Source: Octopus vulgaris
Taxonomy: Eukaryota
Direction: 5' to 3'
Assembly (NCBI GenBank): GCA_951406725.2
Contig: OX597815.1
Coordinates: forward strand, 45,632,001 to 45,696,000
Length of the DNA stretch: 64,000 bases
The translations under genes were made by a program, and so were the position numbers. The first letter of the stretch is position 1. The number at the start of each line of letters is the position of its first letter. This document shows, piece after piece, positions 52,101 through 64,000 of the stretch. The notes beneath the pieces are model-generated. The model had not been told where the DNA came from. It did not search any database and saw only the letters and a program-made list of their open reading frames with translations.

Positions 52101-54646
52101 TTCAGTTTGTGTATAAACATTTGATTTAGGTGAAAACCTTATATTTAATAAAAATTACGACGTTTAGATAAATTTTAACCTTGTAAAAATATTAATTTAA
52201 TCCATATCTCCAACTTTCGAAAGATGTGGAATACATAAATCGCGTACGGAAGAATTTGTCGTGCGATTAACATGTTTTGATTCCTGTTCGTTTCAGTCCC
52301 AATTGTTAATTAGTGCTTAGATCGTGGGTGTCTTTTTATTTGTTAGGAATTTCATCTACCTTTAACATTATATTTTCATTCTCAATTTAAAATGTTTATT
52401 CTAACGTCTTTTATCTCCACGTTCTCAAGAAACGCGACAGAAAAATAAATTATTCTGAGCCATTTTCGGCGTGAAGGATTTGACATTTTCTTCGTTTATA
52501 CAAGAATAAATATAAGACATGTACATCTAATAAAGAGATGTACATTTCATCAGTACATTTTATCAGATACCATGTGAAAAGGAATTCTAAGACATACCTA
52601 TTATTTCAACGCTGTTAAAATTGACGTTTTTTTTTTTTTAGTTATTTGGGGGTGGGGGTAGCAATATTTCAGTAAAATCAAGTTCTTTTTATTCAACCTT
52701 TACTCAAAATTATATTATTGATGCTAAAATTATATTTTCAATCGACTCATCATAATCTCCCAATCTCTCTCTCTTATTCGCTCTCTGATTATCAGTCATT
52801 TATCTTTTTCTATATCTTGTAACTATTAACTCCCCCGCCCCTAAATCTCTGTGATCTCTGTCTCCAAATCACATCACATCTATATCCATTGTCTCTGTTT
52901 TATCTATTCTGCCTCTGCTAACAATTGTTCTCATATGTTTCTCCCTAACTCTCATTTTTATACACTCCCTTCCTCCACACACTCACATACATTTTCTTAT
53001 ATTCTCTCTTTTTCGTGCTTTTTGGTAAATCGATGATTCCTATATGATCTGCTTTTACCTCTTTAACTTTCTCTCTCTCGCTAGCAGTCACTAACTTTTT
53101 CCCTTTTTTGATTCTCACATATCCTCGCTCAACTTGCTAAATACAACAACCGTATTTCCCTCAAATTACACCCTACTGTCTAAAACAATAATAGTAATGC
53201 TTTTATTAATGCAAATACACACTGGAGAGTTGTTCAATATTCACTATGCGAGAAAAAATTCGGATAGTCATGAACGGCATGCCTATTGGTCAGAGCTACC
53301 TTTTCACTCAACAATTTCTTACTCTTAGTAATTTTCTGACACTCTTTTTCTCATTCATTCATTCGTTCATTCATATCATACTTGATTCATTCACTTTCAT
53401 TATGGTAAGATTGAAGCGGAATGCTGAACTGGATATGTTTCAGTATCCCCAGTTTGTTATCTCACTGATCAAAGTTCTAATCCCACCAGTGGAGAAACTT
53501 TTAATTTAGTATAAATTTAAGGTGATGAGCTCACAGAAACATTAGCATACCAATCAAAGTGCTTAGCAGTATTTTGTTTGTCTCGACATTCCGAGTTCAA
53601 ATTCTGCCAAGGTTGACTTTATCTTTCAGGGTTGATAAAGTAAATACCAGCTGAGCACTGGGGTCGATGTAATCAACTTACTCCTCCCCTAAACTTGCTG
53701 GCCTTGTGCCAAAATTTGAAACCTATTTAGCATAAGTGTACAAGCATATATGTACATTATATATATGCTATCAAGATTACTGTGTTGTAGCTTGAAAATC
53801 TGACAGGTATATTACATGGTATATTCCTTGAGCAGCTGACCCTCTTTTTGCAATGAGTACAACTCAACTGTATTACATTATCCTTACCATGCTGGGCAGG
53901 ACTGGTTTCAAGCCAATTAGACAGTTTTGTTCAAATTGGGTCTTGCACCAAGAGAAGACCCCACGCATATGCTCGAACAGAGATTGCTATGACGAATTTT
54001 TAGCATATCAAACCCTCAATGCTTTTTGGCTGGGACTAGCATACTACACAAAACATCAATCTTCAGTGTTTGTAAAGTAGAGAGCCCCATTGACAATTCT
54101 CGAATTTTTGGGAAGCCCCACACTTCCTAACACTGGCCCTGATGCTGAATACATTTCAATAAAATTTTGCCAATCACTTAGAAAGTTGGCCATTGTCAAA
54201 CTAAAAAGCTGGGCACTTTCAGCATCAATTATCAGTGTTGCTACTTATAATGACCCTTCTTCTTTAACCCTTTAGTGTTTAAACTGGCCACACCAGGCAC
54301 CAAATATTCTACCTGTTTTATGTTCAACGTAGCTAGATCTATGCTTTCTCCTCTACCCTACAATGTCATTCTAAAAATAAAACAATCACATCATCAAAAA
54401 TCTCAAAGCTTGAAGATAATACATGATTAATTCAAATTTTAGAGTTTATGACCTGTAAATTGTATTTCATTATCTGATACCAATGTGTCTGAAACAACAT
54501 ATTGGGCAAATGTTTCATACAGGAACTTTATTTTTGTCTTTGTGGTTGTTTTATTGCACCTGCATACTTCTGGCTACTTTGTACCACTATCAACAACCAT
54601 TAGATAGTATGCTCCATTCACCAGTCTAGTGTAGTTGATATGTACC

Positions 54647-55590
54647 CTAGACCATGAACAAGAGGGGGATGAGGACTAAGCCTTGGTAGATCTCTTTTTG
54701 TACCCTGAATTCATTACTATATTCATTGCTAATCTTCACCTTACTGACAACATCCCTGTACATAGCTTGTACAGCTCTTTCCAGCCACTCATCTAGCCCT
54801 AGTTTCTGCATTGACCACCAGATAAGGGAGTAGGAGACTCTGTCAAAGGCTTTCTCAATGTTGGCAAAAGCTAAGTACAGGGGTTTATTTTTGGCTAGAT
54901 ATTTCTCCTGCAGTAGCATAACAAGAATATAACAACAGGCATGCTCCTGCTTGGCACAAATCCGAACTGCATCTCATCTGCACTAACTTTCTCCCTAATT
55001 ATTTGAGCTATGATCCTTTCTGTGACTTTCATCACCTGGTCCAGCAATTTGGTGCCTCTGTAATTATTTCTATCTAAGACATCACCTTTGCCTTTGTAGT
55101 AGTTGACTATAATACTGCTACACCAATTGTTGGGCATGACACCCTCATGTACAACCTGATTAACTACATGGGTATCTAGGCTATATCCTACTCAGCCAGA
55201 TATTTTAAGCATCTTAGTGGTGATTCCTAATGGGCCAGGGGCTTTTCCTATCTTCATATACCTTAATTGCTTTATCTATCAAGGTACTGTCGATTTGGAT
55301 AGCTAGTCCCTCAGAAGGGTCAACATTTGGCACTCTCCTTGTCCTATTCATTCTCCACATTAGCAGCCTTTCATAATGGCACCTCTGAGCCTCTTTCTTT
55401 GCAGAATCATTAAATGCATATGAGCCATCATCGTTTCAAGTCTCTGGTCCTCACATTGCAGAACATTGGCAAACTTCTTTTCTGCTACTTCCCTGGCTAA
55501 ATATACCTGTCTCCTAGCTTCCCTTCTGGTAATCCGATACAATTCCCTGCTACCCCCACACTTCCAGTGCTTCCAGGCCTGTTTCTTTTA
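54647..55590 (-). pseudogene. RTE-clade LINE reverse-transcriptase fragment
   Basis: YKGKGDVLDRNNYRGTKLL, EMQFGFVP, LYLAFANIEKAFDRV. A short plus-strand fragment of the same family lies at about 57888-58004. Confidence 0.9.
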
Positions 55591-55602
55591 TCTTAACTAA
55601 TA

Positions 55603-57283
55603 CAGAGTGTTCCATAAAGGGCACCGAATTTGAAAGGTGAATAATTAAAATGAATTCTTATAAACATGGTTATATTCTGCATATTTCTAATGAGTTATGT
55701 CTCCCGTTTAGATATGGAACACAATGTCAGTCATATGTCCACCTGTACTGAGTCTGCATACATTTATATGCTCCTTGAAGTTTCCGATAATTCTCTCAGA
55801 TGTGTGACCTGATGCCTCCAGTCATATGCCTGATTTCAGCTTTGAGTTCAGGAACTGTGTGGGATTTTTTTATATATACTTGTGATTTCATATACTCCCA
55901 TAAGAAGAAATCACAAGGGGTAAGATCACACGACCTTGGTGGCCATTACTGGTCACCATGCAAAGATATCACTTGTTGCAGAAATTTTTCATGGAGTAAT
56001 GCAAGTGTTTGGCAATCTCTGTATCTTCCAAGTTCAGCCATAATTGAATGGATATCATATCTCGGTAATGTTCTCTATTAATGGTAACTGCATACCCCTC
56101 ATCATTTTCAAAGAAGAACAGTCCAAGCACTCTGCCTCCCCAAAAACCACATCACACAGCCACTTTCAGTGGATACATTTCCCGCTCTTGCATTATTTGA
56201 GGATTTTCATTTCCCTAAATCTGGCAGTTTTGTTTATTAACAAACCACTCAAGTGGAAGTAGGCCTCATCACTGAAGAGGATTTTCTTTGCAAAATTTTC
56301 GTCAGCTGCAAGTCTCTCTACAACCCAGTCAGCAAATTTCCTCCACCTCCTGTGGTCAGGTGGCTGAAGATGCTGTGTAAGTTGAATTTTGTATGCCTGC
56401 ATATGGAGATCTTTATGAAAAATTCGATGTAATGAAGTGGTTGCAATGCACAACTGTTGCGAACATCAGCGAATTGATTTTCCTGGACTCAGAATGACAC
56501 TGTCTCACACAACAGCAATTTGTTGCTCTGTCCGATGAGAACAATTCCACCCAGGTAATTTGGCCATTGCAACTCTTTACTCTTTTACTCTTTTACTTGT
56601 TTCAGTCATTTGACTGCGGCCATGCTGGAGCACCACCTTTAATCGAGCAAATCGACCCCGGGACTTATTCTTTTGTAAGCCCAGTACTTATTCTATCGGT
56701 CTCTTTTGCCGAACCGCTAAGTAACGGGGACATAAACACACCAGCATCGGTTGTCAAGCAATGCTAGGGGACAAACACACACACATATATATATATATAC
56801 ATATATACGACAGGCTTCTTTCAGTTTCTGTCTACCAAATCCGCTCACAAGGCTTTGGTCAGCCCGAGGCTATAGTAGAAGACACTTTCCCAAGGTGCCA
56901 CCCAGTGGGACTGAACCCGGAACCATGTGGCTGGTAGACAAGCTACTTACCACACAGCCACTCCTGCGCCTATTATTTTAAACTTCATCATTAGTCTGCA
57001 AACTGTAGACTTGTTTGGTGCTTCATTTCTCCCCCAATATGTTACAAAGTGTTTGAGCTGTTTGTGTTGTACTTTCTCTGTTTTGGTAAAATGTCTTCAC
57101 AATGAGAACGTATTGCTCAGTTGTAAACTGCTCCATGACACACTGTACTCTATTCTGAAAAGCAAACAAAAAACTATTAATTGGAGTGAAGAGAGATAGG
57201 AAACATGATAAAAGCATTTCTTAAGCCTTCAAAACGCAAAATTGTTGCTCAATTCAAATTCGGCGGTCTTTATGGAATACCTA
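55603..57283 (-). mobile_element. Tc1/mariner-superfamily transposon (DUF4817-type N-terminus), decayed, interrupted by a SINE
   Basis: TIRs cagagtgttccataaag..ccgaatttgaa / ttcaaattcgg..ctttatggaatacct with TA flanks. Peptides MEQFTTEQYVLIVKTFYQ and AYKIQLTQHL..ILFSDEAYFHLSG. Confidence 0.9.
56572..56970 (-). mobile_element. Young SINE S1 inside the Tc1/mariner element
   Basis: Near-identical to 45441-45849. Confidence 0.9.
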
Positions 57284-57673
57284 TACTTCTAATATTAAAA
57301 AAATATAAAACTTTATTGCTATGGACTGGTCTGATTACCCAAATTGAAACAATATCTATTTCCTCTTCCTTTCAATTCCTTTTAGATTTGTCCATTTATC
57401 TTAAATGGCATCATATTATACTCATTATAAGTGGTCAGTGATGTGAATAGATCCTGACCTAATTGAGGTTTTTTCTACAACTAAGCATAAAAAGTAATCT
57501 GTTTCCTTAATATCTAAAAAGGTGGTTCTAAGTTTAAGTGATACCAGAACTATAGTTATATCATGACTTGTAGGTACATGGTATTTTGTTAGGCAACCAT
57601 GATATACTATAAAGTATATTAAACGTTTTTATAAGTCAATACTGCCTTCTACTGTGTTAGCTGTGTGTTTTAC

Positions 57674-57769
57674 ATTACTTGTTAGGGTTATCTCTACAGA
57701 TATTCTATAGAAATTATAGCCAGCACTGATTTCTATAGAATATCTATAGAGATAACTTTAACAAGTAAT
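57674..57769. repeat. 96-nt hairpin with about 41-bp arms
   Basis: attacttgttagggttatctctacagatattctatagaaat / atttctatagaatatctatagagataactttaacaagtaat. Confidence 0.85.
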
Positions 57770-58198
57770 ATAGTTATATCATATTTCAATGCAAACTCTT
57801 CTGTCCTGTACCCTGGTGTTTTATGACCCTTCACCTGGAATATACTTTAAGAAGGACTATCTGATACTTGAATTTTCAGTTCAGTTCACTCACCCAAATG
57901 AGATACTTAAAATATTTGGTGGAGTAGGATATAGCCTAGTCATCTATATAATTAATCAGGTTGTACATGAGGGAGTCATACCCAATGATTGGTGTAACAG
58001 TACTTGAACAAAATTGCAAGGAATGTCTACCTTAGATGAATCAACTAAATGCACAAAAATTCTACATCAAAGGACGCTAGAACACTTATCCAGCAAAAAC
58101 ACACATCAAATTGAAATTTAATGAGAATAATACTGTAATAAATGAGTTTTGAAGATGTATAATTCCCAATTCTTCTTTATGATGTCTTATATATATAT

Positions 58199-58589
58199 TA
58201 CTCTTTTACTCTTTTACTTGTTTCAGTCATTTGACTGCGGCCATGCTGGAGCACCGCCTTTAGTCGAGCAAATCGACCCCGGGACTTATTCTTTGTAAGC
58301 CCAGTACTTATTCTATCGGTCTCTTTTGCCGAACCGCTAAGTGACATGGACGTAAACACACCAGCATCGGTTGTCAAGCAATGCTAGGGGACAAACACAG
58401 ACACACAAACACACATACATATACATATATACGACAGGCTTCTTTCAGTTTCTGTCTACCAAATCCACTCACAAGGCATTGGTCGGCCCAGGGCTATAGC
58501 AGAAGACACTTGCCCAAGGTGCCACGCAGTGGGACTGAACCCGGAACCATGTGGTTGGTTAGCAAGCTACTTACCACACAGCCACTCCT
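58199..58589 (-). mobile_element. Young SINE S1
   Basis: Near-identical to 1822-2216. Confidence 0.9.
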
Positions 58590-58869
58590 TTGTCTGTACA
58601 TATATTTTTACATACATATATGTATAATTTTTTTTTTTTAACTTATTTTAGTAATTAAACTGTGGCCATGCTGGGGCACAGTCTTGAAGAATTTTAGTCA
58701 AATGAATTGACCCCAGTACTTATTTTTTTCTTTAAAGACTGGTGCTTATTGTATTGGTAACTTTTGCTGGACCACAAAGTTATAAGGATGTAAATATACC
58801 AACACCAGTTGTCAAGCAGTGATGAGAGGCAAACAAATTTTTGCATAGAAAATGTGGTGTGGAAGCTTG

Positions 58870-58905
<36 letters not shown>

Positions 58906-58955
58906 ATGTGCAGTGTTCCAACTTGGCTGCAATCCATTCACTGAAACAAGATAAA

Positions 58956-59003
<48 letters not shown>

Positions 59004-60302
59004 TGCTCCTCTCAGCCACCCTTGGATTCCATTACTGTTGTCATGACTGCAACTTTCACTCCTGGACTTCTTTGTCTGTGCATCTTTTTTGAAAAAATCC
59101 TTTCTATTTTACATGTTCTCTTATGTTTAACTGGATTTTGTTTCCCCTTTATTTCTCTTCAGACAATATACACAACCTCTTTACTTTCATGTATTTTTCA
59201 AACTATGTACATCTTTTTCTTCTAGCTTTGTTCTCCTTGAGAACTCAAGTTCAGGCATGCACACTATGTATGTATGTATGTATGGGAGAGAGGGGGAGAG
59301 AGAGAGGGAGAAAGAGAAAGAGAGAGTAGATGTGGCTAAGCAGATAGGATACCAGGCAACCAGCAAAGATGTCAGCAACTTGTACTTAGTGTCCCCTCAC
59401 CAAGAAAAGTCTGAACTAAAGATTGAGACTCATCATAGATCATTCAACCACCCCAAAACAGCAGCCAAATCTCCTTCAAATTACACACTATCATCTTAAA
59501 AGCCAGTAAAGACATGTTAGATAATGTAGTTTTAGTTACTGCTGAAAAACACAGGATAATCTCTTCTGGAAGATCTGGGGTTAAACAGCAACAACTTAAA
59601 ATTGCCAGGTCCACCTAGTCCTAAAGAGGAACCACAGGTGGTAAAATTAATGCCAGAAACAGCTGCATTAACAGCAATTTGAATTGGCAAATGATCCATT
59701 GTTAACTTGTTATTTTCACTTTGTTTTTGTAATTAGTTTACAAGGTTTTTGGTGTGAGTTCATGTGTTGAAACAAATCTTGTTGTGTCTTGTTGGGAGGG
59801 TCATTATGCAGATAATAATAAACACATGCACTGGTTCACTATCACTTCTTTATCCCTTCAGCATTCAAATTACTCCATCAAATGTAATGCTTATTTCTTC
59901 ACATTGTTTTAAATTAATCATGCATTGTCTCATAACTTCAGTATATCAGTGATGTGATTGCTTATTTTTAGAATGACATTGCAGGGTAGGTGCGAGAGGC
60001 TGGATCTAGCCAGTTTGATCATGAAACAGGTAGAAAATTTGGGCCAGATATGGCCAGTTTGAATGCTAAAGAGCTATTGTTACTCAATTAGTTAAATGTC
60101 TAACAAACTAAGTAATCAATTGTTTGTTTAATGTGCTAGTTAAACAATCCATCAGTTATTTGTTTGTAAAGTCCTTTTGTCACTATTCAGGACCTCATCA
60201 ATAACATGCTTTCTCTCTTAAGATTTGTTTGAGAATTAGTTGTCTTCATTTAACTCTTTTCAAACTAACCTGCCTGAACCTACTCATGATTCTATGATTT
60301 AA

Positions 60303-60506
60303 CCCTTTCATTACTGTATTTATTTTGAGATGCTCTGTGTTTCTTTCAACTATTTTAAATATAACAAAGAATTTAGTAAAATAACTTAATTATCATTAAT
60401 CTAGTGTTAGGAACGTAAATTGTGACTAAGGCTTGGTAGAATATTTTAATTCAAAACTTATGAAAACAAGACATTTTACCACAGAGCCAGATTAGTAACA
60501 AAAGGG
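60303..60506. mobile_element. TTAA-flanked MITE, second family
   Basis: TTAA-CCCTTTCATTACT...AGTAACAAAAGGG-TTAA. Confidence 0.75.
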
Positions 60507-61120
60507 TTAAGCTTCTTGTTTTAAAAATATCCAAATTAAAAACCCTTCATTAAAATTTCATACTTATTTAAACTCCCAAGGCCAACTCAATAATGATAAG
60601 GTTACTTTACTAAATTCTTCATTATCTTTTATGTTTTACTTGTTTAAGTCATTTGACTGCAGCCATGCTGGAGCACTGCCTTGAAGGCTTTTTAGTCAAA
60701 GAATCAACCCCAGGATTTAATTTTTTTTTTTTAAATCTAGTACTTATTCTATTGGTCTCTTTTATCAAACTGCTAAGTTATGAGGATATAAGCACACCAA
60801 CACTGGTTGTCAAGAGTGATGGGTGGGGGGAGACAAACAAAGACACACATGGATACATACATACATACACACATATATTGTTGTTGAATGCTCGAAATGA
60901 GGAGTAGATAGACATCGGACAACTGATGAAGGGTCATTCTCTGTTACTTGTCCTATTTTTCATTTTTTTCTCTCGTTGTTTGCGTATTTAACTTGTTTGT
61001 TTTCATACTTCATGTTGTTTACATAGTTGGTGATGTCCTGTACCCATATATGCATACACACACACACATATATTATTTATATTATTATTTAATTGAATGC
61101 CAAGCATCCATTTCCAAGTA

Positions 61121-61159
<39 letters not shown>

Positions 61160-62992
61160 GACAGGCTTCTTTCAGTTCCGTCTACCAAATCCACTCACAA
61201 GGCTTTGGTCAGCTCAAGCCTATAGCAGAAGACACTTGCCCAAGGTGCCATGCAGTGGGACTGAACCTGGAACCATGTGGTTGGGAAGCAAACCTTTTAG
61301 TACACTGTATTTCAACAGAAATATAATAACAAAAGGTTAAAGGAAGTGGTGTAGGCTATTTTGCTAAGCAAAATAAAAATTAAAAAAACAAGTCAGTCGA
61401 GAATTGAAACATGTAAAAAAAATCTTATCATTAAGTATAAACTGTAATAAAACCTCTATCCAGTCATTCAATTTGTTTTGAAATTCAACTTGGTTTGAAC
61501 ATTAGTTTGAAATTCAAATCTCAAACCATACCTTTATCTTGTACTTGTTTCAGTCATTGGACTGCAACCATGCTGGAGTACTACTTCAACCCAGTAATTA
61601 TTTTTTTAAAGTTGGGTTCAGTATCAGTCTTTTTTGTCAAACTGCACAGTTATAGAGATGAAAACACTGGTTGTCAAGAAGTGGGTGGAACAAAGACACT
61701 TACATACATACAACAGGTTTCCACATACCAAGTTCACACACAAGGCATAACTTGATCTGAGTTTATAGTAGAAGACACTTGTCCAAAGTGTAGTACAGTG
61801 GGATTGAACCCAAAAATATATGGCTACAAAGCAAGCTTCTTAACTGCTAGGTCATTCCTACACCTTACATTTTTAAGATAAAGAAAGAGCTCATTGAATA
61901 CTGTAATCCCAGACAGAGGTGCACTGTGTTTTAAATAAAGGTGGGAGGGTTGGTGGAGGATGGTCACAGCTGGAATACCTTTGATCATAGTTATACTCAG
62001 GATTCACTGGGGGTCTATTAACCACAGTTTTTTTTTTATCATCTTATAAAGGCACAGGCATGGCTGGGTGGTAAGAAGCTTGCTTTACAACCGTATGGTT
62101 CCAGGCTCAGTCCCACTGCATGGCACCTTGGGTGAGTGTCTTCTACTGTAGCCTAGGGCCAACCAAAGCCTTGTGAGTAGATTTGCTTGATGGAAACTGA
62201 AAGAAGTCCGTTGTGTGTATTTATATATATTTTATTTCTGTATTTGGTTTGCAAGATTCTTTATGTGAATTCATGTGTTGAAGTATATTTTATTGTCTGG
62301 AGAGAGTTATTCTCTATTAGTACCTTATTAAATTAATAAGGCACTAACAGAGAATAATTTTCCCCAGACACAATAATATATGTGTGTGTGTATATATGTA
62401 TGTGTGTGTGTGTGTGTGAGTGTTTGTCTCCCACTACTGCTTGGCAACTGGTGTTGGTGTTGTTAAGTCCTTGTAACATAGTGGCTCAGCTAAATACCCC
62501 AACAAAATAATTTCAAGGCTTAAAACAATAAAAAACCAGTACTGGGGTCGATTCATATAGTCAAAGATCATATAGTCAAAATTGTAAATCATTTCACTGA
62601 CAAAAATTAAAAACTTCAATACATCATTTCATAAATTTCATAAGAGACCATATCACTTCATCAAATATATTTCTATCTAATTTGATTGTTATTATGACAT
62701 GTTGATAATTGCTGTCAGCTTAGTAATCTCCATCTCAATTGTTTTGACAGGTTTTTCTAATGTACTGGTATTGTTTCTCATTAACTTTTATACTAAAAGG
62801 GAATTCTGTTATTGTAAATTGTAATGTAGTGTGTGTTCTGACTCCCTTTGGTCATGAATGACCATGGGATTGCACCTAGAAATTTACCCTCCGAGGCACA
62901 AGTCTGGGCAAGGTTGTTTATGGAAGACCAGCAGTCGCCCATGCATACCAGCCTCCCCTCCCCACTGGCACCAGTGACGTCACAGCTCATTT

Positions 62993-63305
62993 ATTAACGT
63001 GCAAGTGGCTGAGCACTCCACAGACACGTGTACCCTAAATGTAGTTCGCGGGGAGATTCAGCGTGACACAGAGTGTGACAAGGCTGGCCCTTTGAAATAC
63101 AGGTATGACAGAAACAGGAAGAAAGAGTGAAGGAAAGTCGTGGTGAAAGAGTACAGCAGGGTTCACCACCACCCCCTGCCAGAGCCTTGTGGAACTTTAG
63201 GTGTTTTTGCTCAATAAACACTCACAATGCCTGATCTGGGAATCAAAACCACGATTCTATGACCGCGAGTTCGCTGCCATAACCACCAGGCCATTGTGCC
63301 TCCAC
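62993..63305 (-). mobile_element. SINE S2 (3' truncated)
   Basis: Matches the S2 head and body. Confidence 0.85.
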
Positions 63306-64000
63306 TGTAATGTATTATTTATTTATCTATCTATTCATTAATCCATTATAATTTTTTTACCTGTACGAAGAAGAATATTGGAGTCTGTTGCGATTTGTGG
63401 TAATCAAAATTTTTTATTCTTTTCATACACAAAATAGGTACAGGTGTGGTTGTGTGGTAAGAAGCTTGCTTCTCAGCCACATTGTTCTGCGTTCAGTCCC
63501 ACTGTGTGGCACATTGGGCAAGTGTCTTCTACTATAGTCTTAGGTAGATCAAAGCCTTGTGAATGGATTCAGTGATGGAAACTGAAAGAAGCCTATCATA
63601 TATATATATATATATATATATATTGGACTTCTTTGCCAAACTGCTAAGTTACAGGGATGTAAACACACCAACACAGATTGTCATGGTTATTCCAGTAACG
63701 ATATTAAATATCTACAAAAAAACTGAGTTGTTATTTTCTGCAAATTGCATTTCTTACAAAAACTTGACTATCTCAACAGGAAATAGTTCTAAAAAGACAT
63801 GAGCATGGTTGTGTGGTAGGAAGTTTGCTTTCCAACCACATGGCTCTGAATTCAGTCTCACCACATGGCACTTTGGGCAAGTGTCTTTTCTATAGCTTCA
63901 GGCCAATGAAAGCCTTGTGAATAGCTTTGGCTGACAGAAACTGAAGGAACAGACATAGATACACACACACACACATATGCACATATATATATATATATAT

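Noticed and set aside
60917-60953. ggacaa CTGATGA aggg..tctct gttac ttgtcc hammerhead-like motif
   Set aside because: Stem I and the first core box are present but the essential GAAA box is missing; at best a dead derivative.

Overview
AT-rich, repeat-dense animal genomic DNA; the SINE families look like those of octopus/coleoid cephalopods (inferred from recognition, not a search). The one clearly supported host gene is UBE2S (ubiquitin-conjugating enzyme E2 S) on the minus strand. Four coding exons are fully resolved with GT-AG sites and consistent phases (19996-20143, 16764-16954, 11732-11865, 9074-9227), and there is a probable start-codon exon at 24057-24217. Its likely promoter lies about 28 kb further upstream in a CpG-retaining island (about 47.3-53.3 kb) that looks bidirectional. 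The rest is transposon-derived: four SINE families, RTE and R4-like LINE remnants, two Tc1/mariner copies, a decayed piggyBac, TTAA and hAT MITEs, and Tigger fragments. The most striking unexplained structure is a set of at least four sequence-unrelated short non-coding element families carrying minimal type-I hammerhead ribozyme motifs, most of them arranged as inverted (fold-back) copies. They resemble non-autonomous Penelope-like/retrozyme elements. Most ORFs in the supplied track are spurious repeat translations.
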